Assembly (NCBI GenBank): GCA_046563655.1
Contig: CM102286.1
Span: 6,386,001 to 6,450,000, forward strand
DNA from: Yuukianura sp. NJ FZ-2021
Taxonomy: Eukaryota
DNA length: 64,000 bases
Direction: 5' to 3'
Shown: positions 54,401-64,000 of the stretch, piece after piece
Numbering within the stretch: the first letter of the stretch is position 1
How the letters are laid out: each line of letters starts with the position of its first letter
Program-made: the position numbers and the translations under genes
Notes under the pieces: model-generated
Told to the model about the DNA's origin: nothing
What the model saw: only the letters and a program-made list of their open reading frames with translations
Databases searched by the model: none

Positions 54401-57135
54401 CATGGACTATAGTCCATGGTTTTTTTCAAAATTTGACGAAAAACTTGATGTTCGATTTTGGAGTTTTCAAAATTTCTAAAATTTCTTCATCTGTTTTGAA
54501 AGTTTTTCGCGAAGAGATTAGGTCTCTATCGCTTTCCGTTCTCGAGATATAAATTTTCAAAATTTCATTTTAATTTTCAAAAACTTTCAAAATTCATAAC
54601 TCGGGAACGGAAAGCGATAGAAAGGTAAACTCTTCGCCGCTGAATTCACAAAAATAAATAGTATTTTTAGAAAATATAAAAAGGTACCCTCAGATTTTGA
54701 CGAAATTTCGAAAAAATCCATGGACTATAGTCCATGGTTTTTTTCAAAATTTGACGAAAAACTTGATGTTCGATTTTGGAGTTTTCAAAATTTCTAAAAT
54801 TTCTTCATCTGTTTTGAAAGTTTTTCGCGAAGAGATTAGGTCTCTATCGCTTTCCGTTCTCGAGATATAAATTTTCAAAATTTCATTTTAATTTTCAAAA
54901 ACTTTCAAAATTCATAACTCGGGAACGGAAAGCGATAGAAAGGTAAACTCTTCGCCGCTGAATTCACAAAAATAAATAGTATTTTTAGAAAATATAAAAA
55001 GGTACCCTCAGATTTTGACGAAATTTCGAAAAAATCCATGGACTATAGTCCATGGTTTTTTTCAAAATTTGACGAAAAACTTGATGTTCGATTTTGGAGT
55101 TTTCAAAATTTCTAAAATTTCTTCATCTGTTTTGAAAGTTTTTCGCGAAGAGATTAGGTCTCTATCGCTTTCCGTTCTCGAGATATAAATTTTCAAAATT
55201 TCATTTTAATTTTCAAAAACTTTCAAAATTCATAACTCGGGAACGGAAAGCGATAGAAAGGTAAACTCTTCGCTCCTGAACTCACAAAAATAAATAGTAT
55301 TTTTAGAAAATATAAAAAGGTACCCTCAGATTTTGACGAAATTTCGAAAAAATCCATGGACTATAGTCCATGGTTTTTTTCAAAATTTGACGAAAAACTT
55401 GATGTTCGATTTTGGAGTTTTCAAAATTTCTAAAATTTCTTCATCTGTTTTGAAAGTTTTTCGCGAAGAGATTAGGTCTCTATCGCTTTCCGTTCTCGAG
55501 ATATAAATTTTCAAAATTTTAGATAAATTTTCAAAAACTTTCAAAATTCATAACTCGGGAACGGAAAGCGATAGAAAGGTAAACTCTTCGCCGCTGAATT
55601 CACAAAAATAAATAGTATTTTTAGAAAATATAAAAAGGTACCCTCAGATTTTGACGAAATTTCGAAAAAATCCATGGACTATAGTCCATGGTTTTTTTCA
55701 AAATTTGACGAAAAACTTGATGTTCGATTTTGGAGTTTTCAAAATTTCTAAAATTTCTTCATCTGTTTTGAAAGTTTTTCGCGAAGAGATTAGGTCTCTA
55801 TCGCTTTCCGTTCTCGAGATATAAATTTTCAAAATTTTAGATAAATTTTCAAAAACTTTCAAAATTCATAACTCGGGAACGGAAAGCGATAGAAAGGTAA
55901 ACTCTTCGCCGCTGAATTCACAAAAATAAATAGTATTTTTAGAAAATATAAAAAGGTACCCTCAGATTTTGACGAAATTTCGAAAAAATCCATGGACTAT
56001 AGTCCATGGTTTTTTTCAAAATTTGACGAAAAACTTGATGTTCGATTTTGGAGTTTTCAAAATTTCTAAAATTTCTTCATCTGTTTTGAAAGTTTTTCGC
56101 GAAGAGATTAGGTCTCTATCGCTTTCCGTTCTCGAGATATAAATTTTCAAAATTTTAGATAAATTTTCAAAAACTTTCAAAATTCATAACTCGGGAACGG
56201 AAAGCGATAGAAAGGTAAACTCTTCGCCGCTGAATTCACAAAAATAAATAGTATTTTTAGAAAATATAAAAAGGTACCCTCAGATTTTGACGAAATTTCG
56301 AAAAAATCCATGGACTATAGTCCATGGTTTTTTTCAAAATTTGACGAAAAACTTGATGTTCGATTTTGGAGTTTTCAGAATTCCTAAAAATTCTTCATCT
56401 GTTATGGAAGCTTTACGCGAAGAGATTAGGTCTCAATCGCCTTTCGTTCCTGGGACATAAATTTTCAAAAAGTATTCAGTAATTCAAAGGCATTCCGTCA
56501 AATTGTTAAAGTTTGTGCGTTCTTTGAAAAAAATTTTTTTTGTTAGCATAATCGAATAGAGATAATGTAGTGTTGGGGTAGCGGTAGCATAAGTTTGTAC
56601 CAAATTCGGTTAGAATCGCGGAAAGTGGATTTATTTTCTAACATTAAATGTCCAGAACCTTAGATCTCAATAATACGAATCAGAAATGGTATCCATTGCT
56701 GAGCGAGTTCATAAATTGATTTTTATTTCAATCATAATTTCTTCATCTGTTTTGAAAGTTTTTCGCGAAGAGATTAGGTCTCTATCGCTTTCCGTTCTCG
56801 AGATATAAATTTTCAAAATTTCATTTTAATTTTCAAAAACTTTCAAAATTCATAACTCGGGAACGGAAAGCGATAGAAAGGTAAACTCTTCGCCGCTGAA
56901 TTCACAAAAATAAATAGTATTTTTAGAAAATATAAAAAGGTACCCTCAGATTTTGACGAAATTTCGAAAAAATCTATGGACTATAGTCCATGGTTTTTTT
57001 CAAAATTTGACGAAAAACTTGATGTTCGATTTTGGAGTTTTCAAAATTTCTAAAAATTCTTCATGTTTTTTGAAAGTTTTTTGTGAAGAGTTTAGGTCTC
57101 TATCGCCTTGCGTTCCCGGGATATAAATTTTCAAA
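51490..57135. repeat. Tandem satellite of 318-bp internally palindromic units (15 consecutive copies, a 16th after an interruption, degenerate edges)
   Basis: GGTACC anchors at 51816, 52138, 52456, 52773, 53091, 53409, 53727, 54047, 54365, 54683, 55001, 55319, 55637, 55955, 56273 and 56939. Each unit contains the palindrome CCATGGACTATAGTCCATGG. Confidence 0.97.
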
Positions 57136-58036
57136 AAGTGCTCAGTAATTCAAAAGCATTCCGTCAAATTGTTGAATTGCGTTCTTTGACAAAAAAGATG
57201 TTTCTTAGAATAATCGAGTAGAGATAATGTGTGTTGGGGTAGCGGTAGCACAAGGTTGTACCAAATTCGGTTAGAACAGCGGAATGTGGATTTATTTTTT
57301 AAGATTAAATGTCCAAAACCTTAGATCTCAATAATACGCATCAGAAATGGTATCCATTGCTTGAGTGAGTTCATAAATTCATTTTTATTTCAATCATAAT
57401 TTCTCTGCGTGTAGTAGTTCCATATAGTTGATCTAGAATAACTTTTTCTTTAGTAATCACACTCATCAGAGAACATTAGTAATCTTTAAATTGAATTAAT
57501 TTTTTGTATAGATACGTGATTGCCCTTCATATTTAGAAAATCCGAACTTATACTCTAACTTGTGTTGATACGCTGTCGCTTTCTCCATTAATATCACAAT
57601 TCGGTGTAATGTTGCTTTTACAGCTTAATAATATATGCAAAGTTCACTAAACATGAAACTGGGAAAATTAGCTTGAAATAGTAAATTAATTTCAGGTTAA
57701 TTAGTGTATTCTACTATTTTTTGGACAATACATTGCGAAAGTTCTGGCAAACAGAGACACATCCAGGCAACAGATGTCGTATCAATAACGTTTCGAAAGG
57801 CTAAAAGCTGTTAATTTCTGCTGATTCTAAGTCTACAAATAATTGAAACTGAAGAAATTAATTGACGAGGTTTAAGGCGATTTTCGTCTGTGGAGCAGGT
57901 AGGTGACAATTGCTTCATCTTTGTAGATGTAGACTTCCACAGCGCCAAGCTTCCATCGATTTCGCTTGATTCACAAACTTGTCTTCAGTGCGTACGCCTT
58001 CATAAATTCGTACACACACGGTTTCCTCGTCCCCAA

Positions 58037-61000
58037 CTAGCAGTCAGCTTTGCGCTTTTCAGACGGCATCACTCGGGGGTAAAGCTGTAAAGACAAAGTT
58101 TGTTGTTAGTTATTTTGTGTTTCAGTTGAGAATTAAGTTAACATTAAACGGTACACTTAATGAATCGTCACTACTTTACAACGAGACAATTCAATTAGAT
58201 TCTCGCACAGTTCACATTTTAAGCAGAAATACAAGTAGGAAATTGTAAAACTGAAATCCATTTGCTTGAAGCAAAAATTCATGGATGCAAGTAACTAATA
58301 CGTTCAGAGAAAACTTTACTTGTTCGCTGAGTTAAATTATGAAAAGTCTCTGGAGGATATCCAAGACGCTGTTAGGAATTGGAAACTCAATTAGTTTTTT
58401 CCAAGTTAGTTAACTTACCCCCAGGAGGTTCCGAGGAATATAGCCCTGCGAATCGTTGTCACCACTACTGGACCACCACCATTCCCGCTCAACTTCGTCT
58501 CCCTTTCTAAGAACTGTTAGACGTTTACCCGCTTCAAAGCTCAGTTCATCTGGGTTCTGAGCCTCATAGTCAAAAACGGCATAGACCACGCCATTGTTTG
58601 TGATTCCCAACTTCTCCTGAACACCTTCAAAAAAAAAACGTAAATCAATGTTACATTGCAGTTTAAAAAAAAACAACTTAATTTATAATTTGCTCTAGAA
58701 TGGGTATTTCAGACTTTCAAATTGGATTTCAAAGTTGCGATAAATGGAGTCCCCGGACAATGAATGAGTGGATTCTAGTTTGACATACTAGGTAGTAGAT
58801 GGGAATTTAGATGGGAAGTGGGCGGACTGATGGAGAAAACAAAGCGATTTTGCTCTTGTCAAAGTCAAAAGAGAAAGGACGGACCATGAAATGAAAGAAA
58901 GTTTATCTTTTCGATCACAAAATAACCGGAGTTCCATTTGTCACGGATCATAAGAATAGAAACTAATCGTCCATGATATAAGACTATCAACCCAACAAAT
59001 TTAGGCTTCTGAAGAGGCTAGCTACAACGAGTAAGATCTTTTCCAAGGAAAAAGTAAATGGAAAAGCAAGGCTTTCTCCCATCCTCTCCGCTTTTAGAGT
59101 TTCGGAATTAATAAAAATCAAATCGAAGGATTCCGCGGTCCTTGAAATTGCATTCCCTTGAAAAGAATCAAGAAAGAAAAAAAACGAACAAGCTTCAGAA
59201 ATAAAAAGTCAATGCCAAAGGCTAAAAGTTCGTCGTTTTTTGAAAAAAAAAATCAATTCCGTTGGGGTTTTGGAGAGTGTCATTATCTTTCTCGTTTCCT
59301 TGCTTTCTCCATTGTTTCTCAACCCATCAAATCCCTTATTACAAAGGAAGGACTGTGTACAACAGTTCAATTTCCTCCGGATATGAAGCCAACGAAGACA
59401 CCTTTTAACAAGATTTCTTTTTTTTCCCGGTCCAACCCCAGTCTTGTATTTTCATGAAGGAATTCCACACGCTTCACTTACTGTAGAGATACTCAGAACA
59501 AGGCCCGAATCCATCTTCATCTTCCTCGCACTTCTCAGCCGCAGTTTCATGATCACTCAACGTCGTCGCAAAGATACACGCTCCATGTTCCACTAAGAAC
59601 TTTACCATTCCAGTGTTATTACAAGAGGCAGCACAGTGTAATGGAGTCCTTAAAAAAACAGAACGCACAACGCAATGAACATTCTTGATTGGCTGATTCT
59701 TTTAGGTTAATGGAGTAGTATGTAACTTCATCAACTTTCTTCGTTTCCAACAGTTTCTACGTCTCTGCGTCACTTTCTACTTTTAGTTCTCAAGTCTGAA
59801 ACTTTTCATGAATTATTTTTGCTCAATAGAAACCTTCACTAAAAACGCCGACGTTCGACTCTGTCGCCGCGGCACTAAAAAGTAGATGAAGCAACGTAAA
59901 TTGGATCTTCGTGATCGAATCTCTTACCAGCCATCACTATCTTGTGCATTAACATCACAGCCAAATTCCACAAGAAACCGTACAACGTCAGAATGTCCCG
60001 CACATATAGCGTTATGAAGAGCCGTGATGCCTTCATCGTTAGCTGCCGATGGATTGCCAACTTCTTTGGCCGTTTTCATTACTAGCTCGAGTTCACCTTC
60101 CAGTGAAGCGTCCAGTAGCAACGCCAAAGGATCAAAACTCACACGGCGTCCGTTTGGACTTGACTCCTGCGAAAAGTTTAAAATTTGAAGTTAAACAATA
60201 GCAGTAAATTAGGGGCAATTTCAAAGTTTAGTTTAAGTTGTAAGTGTACAATGCTAGAGGCGAATAAATGATCCTATTATGCACGAAGTACTTTTAACAT
60301 AAGGGTTATGCAGCACTGAGAAACGCCCATTCCTGTTTTTCCTTTCACCAAAACTTGGTTAATCTAAATGTAAATAAGACTTTCTCCGGGTACTGAACTA
60401 ATTAACAGTTTTGAAAGAATGATAACAAAGAAGGAAATTAAGTTTACTTGGGCGTGAGAATTTGCAAAAACGCACTTTATTTGCTTTACTTGAAGCAGCT
60501 GAATTCCCTGATTCACCGGAAGCCTGACTCATATTATTAGTTTTTCAGCATTATTATTAGTAGCAAATCTGTAACAATGCAAGCTACTTACTTTGTTTGC
60601 TGACTTCAGATTTCCCTTCCTCAATCGTTTGATGATTCCAGGAATGTGTGGATGCTTGTTGTTGTCGTCAACGTTTCCGTTGTACTCAATCGTCAACTCA
60701 CTCGAAGCCATATTTCCATTCTCCTGATTTCCATTGTCATAGTCAAAGGTTTGTTCAGTTCTGCTCTGATTCTCGGCTTCTATCACAGCATCTAAGACAG
60801 AAAAGAAGAGCTCATACTTTAGTACGCTTGGGAAAATTCAAATAATCTTTTACGCTAAATGTAAAGCTGGGCATAAGAATAGTCCTTGACATCTGGACCA
60901 ACTCCCATGAAACTTCCCATATAAAAAAAATACCTGGAGACTCTCGCTGTTTGGATTTTGAAAGTTCATTTTCAAAAATGAGGCCGGAGTTTCTATGATC

Positions 61001-62969
61001 CAACTGTATGCTCATCACTGAGACTTGGTGCTGCTCAAAATGGCGGTCCTGCTGTTGACCATTACCATTAGACGGGTCGTACAGGATCTTGTCTATTGGC
61101 GAGGGAGTGCTGGCTGTGGCTACGAGTAGTTTCGCCTGTTGATGTAGAGTTGTTGGACTGTCTTGGTAATTGTTATTAGAGCAATTCGTCTTATTGTTTT
61201 CCTGGAGACTGAGTCCAGTAGTTGATGAGACAGTGGTCATGGTGGACGGAAACTGGTGATTCGTATTGTTATTTGGTGAAAGTAGTTTGACGTTGTTGTT
61301 GGAATGAGGCATAGGCTGTCGAAAGTTCTTTTCATTGCTGCCTAGATGGGCGGAAGGTGACGCCGTATTTGGAAAGAGATCAGGGAGCGTGTACTCTTCA
61401 ATTCCAAAGTGGGTGGGTTTTTGGTGGTGGTGGGACTGCTGCGTAAGTGGGGCTGCGTCAACAGTGTCATTGGCCTCACCGTTGCTTCTAGAATCTATCC
61501 CTCCGCTGCCTACTGATGAGGTAAGTGACGTGGATGAAAGCGAGGAAGTGGCTGACGAAGAGTATTGTTCTGGTATTAAATCCGACGGAGGTGGATCACT
61601 TTCCGGAAAGAGAAAGGCAGGCGGCATTTCAATTCTACGGTTCATCGAAACCCGAACCTAAAAAACGACAAAAAAAATTGTAAGTTCCTGCCAAAAAAAA
61701 AAAATATGCGCCCAACTGAGAATTCTGTCTAAAAAAATGTATTCTCAAAAAAACTTTCGAAACAGTGTTTCAGTAAATTAGTAACGCCAATCATTTTAGT
61801 TGGCTTGTCAAACTGGCGGCGGGTTTTCAATTTTCCAAAAAAAAAACCTGTCTCTTATTTATCACTTTATGTAACAAGCCGCAGATGCCACGTTCAGCGC
61901 TGTTTTTATTTCCTTCAAAGTGAAGAAATAAGCACCATAAAGCGAAATTTTGAAGAAAACTTGAGCCCGTCTAATGAGGCTCAAGTCGACCCTCTGCAAG
62001 CAAAGTCGAGTGGTAACGTTGAATTCAACGTGCCTCATTACTGATGCATCGTAGACACTGAAACTTCAGTTCCTACTTTTGTTCCTTTGCGGATAGGCAA
62101 TGTAGATAAAAGTTAAACGTAGAAAGCGCGGGGAAACGTACCGTGTTGCTTTTTGAATTTGCGGTTGGTCCAGTGCCTGACTCTCTATCGGCGTGCCTTC
62201 CAGGAGCAACGGTGGGGCCTGAAGGAAGGAGTGGTGGGACGGATGTGCCAATGGCTTCGTTTCGTTCGAATGATGAGGTGCTCGAAGTCTTGTCGAGGTA
62301 GAGTGGCTTAGGTTTGATGGGCAATTCGGTTCTGTCAGGAATCATTCCCATTCCATCTCCTGTTGACAAACTCCTGTTTTTCAAAAACGAGAAGAAAAGA
62401 GTGAAAGCATGAGATGACTTTTTCTTGTATTTCGGTAGCAAAAACTGTGTTTCTAAAATACGCTATTTCCTTTCATTCAATTTTTTTTGTGAAAGACGTA
62501 TGTATCATTAGTCACATAGTCATATCCAATTCCTTCCAGTCAAAAAAGAGAAAATAATGGGATTTCCGGTAACACGTCGGAGGTGAAAAGTGGTGCCAAA
62601 GTGAAAGCAAGCTTCACTTTTTCCATTTTCCTTTCCACCTGATCTGCCATTACCGGCGCACTTAAAAAAATCTTATTCTGCATAACTAGCCGCGTATAAG
62701 AACATAAAAAACTTATTTTTAAAAACTTCAGAATTTCCTTTTCAAAAACAGTTTTGTTACCTCATCTGGATATATGAGAACGAATCTCCATCTGAGATTT
62801 GTCTCGACGGAGGTGCTGCTTTCGACGGTTTTGGTGGTAAGGCTGGTCTTGGATTCTTTCCATCTGTATTCGAATAATTCTGGTTTCCGACTGCGCCTCC
62901 ATCAGAGCTACTTCCACTAATAGAACCATTACTTTCACCAGAAGAGGTCACGTCCCTTGTGGTCCCGCT
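58037..62969 (-). CDS. ASPP: ASPP (apoptosis-stimulating protein of p53 / PP1 regulator), 3' exons; 5' end lies beyond the window
   Basis: Pro-rich region ([17 protein letters not shown]), PP1-binding RVSF followed by [14 protein letters not shown], ankyrin repeats [16 protein letters not shown] and [15 protein letters not shown]3 ([17 protein letters not shown]...REWWW...GYIPRNLLG), terminal [15 protein letters not shown] at 58037. Confidence 0.93.
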
Positions 62970-64000
62970 CTAAAAAGTTAATGAAGAGAACATTTTCAAA
63001 ACCTCTTTGCATCGATGGACTTTTTGTATTCTGAACTTTAAGTGACTTTTCTCTCTGAGTTCTTCAACAACTTTAGGCGCTGGCGGAACTTTCCACTCAA
63101 AAACTGATTTTGAAAAGCTCAAAGATTTATTAAAGGGAAAAGTGAAAGCGCCTTTGGCTTTTTTCTTTCCTGTCTCCAAAAGTTTATTTCCGTAATTGCG
63201 TCCGGAGATGAGGTTCTTCCAGGTCACATCCCACAGAAACAAGTCCTTCCATTACTCATGTCCAGTCGTCTAATTCCTAGAGAATAGTTCCATGTGTCCT
63301 TGTGTATCCTAAAACCTCAGCATTTTCAGCTCCGTGAGCCGTACAGGGCCGTAACGTGTGTATACCTTGACCCTAAATCTTTGTATTCCAACGTTCAAAA
63401 GCCCTTTCAACTGTAATCCTTCCAGGATTTATCAAATGACCATTTCTCTCTCTGACTTTCTCCAACCCGTCACTAACTTCTACCCGGGTAGTTTAAGGTT
63501 TCTTTGGTAAGAGGTTGAGAATGGAAGCAATTTTGTAGTCAAAAACCGCATTGAGACTATATCAACAACCTTATTCCTTTCTGTGGAACTTTCAATGAAA
63601 GGATTTAGGACTGGAAACGACCTGATGGTCTTTTTATAGCGGTTTTCCAAAGGAACCGTGAAGCACTTCGTGGCACGGTGGTCCCTGAGAGACTGACGAC
63701 AATAAATCGCTGCCTGTCACCAAACGGCTTTAGGGACTGACAAAATCAAGGAGAAAATACAGCCAAGTTTCTAAACGCATTTAAGTATGGGGCTTTCGTT
63801 TGTTTCAAATCCATTGACTTTATAGGCAGCTGTGGACTTGGCTTGTTATTTCTAAACGCCAAAAATAACAAACCAGGACTTCAGGGGTAGGCCACTTCCA
63901 GTGTCCACTTTCAAAGGTCAACATGAACTCGGTAAAGAAAAGGATTTTGAAAGGTGGCGCTTGTCAAAACTGTCTCAAAATATTTTTGAAAAGTCACTTC

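Noticed and set aside
51490..57135. CRISPR-like array of palindromic repeats
   Set aside because: Sequence between the palindromes is identical from unit to unit (no unique spacers), there are no cas genes, and the context is eukaryotic; it is a satellite.
27603..62969. Functional apoptosis cluster (BH3 gene + ASPP)
   Set aside because: They are 30 kb apart with six unrelated genes between them; proximity alone is not evidence without conserved synteny.

Overview
Eukaryotic, gene-dense, AT-rich DNA with many short (~55-120 nt) introns. The proteins are metazoan and arthropod-like; a small hexapod such as a springtail is a guess only. Order: 5' part of an unknown gene (-), SRP54 (+), unc-79 (-), SLC46/PCFT-like MFS transporter (+), APC1/ANAPC1 (+), a small unannotated protein with a canonical BH3 motif (-), a DNAH6-like axonemal dynein heavy chain that stops before its motor domain (+), ASZ1/GASZ (+), GPATCH11 (+), TPR-less SGT1 (-), V-ATPase subunit D (+), symplekin (+), a ~5.6 kb array of palindromic 318-bp units, and the 3' part of ASPP (-, runs off the window). 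Best candidates for novelty: (1) a putative BAD/BIM-like BH3-only apoptosis gene whose stop codon lies 1 nt from the APC1 stop on the opposite strand; (2) an apparently intact motor-less dynein heavy chain with an RFX X-box; (3) a 4x repeat carrying E2F+CHR-like motifs between those two genes; (4) the fold-back satellite flanked by diverged direct repeats. Exon boundaries were read by eye, and family calls come from remembered motifs, not database searches.
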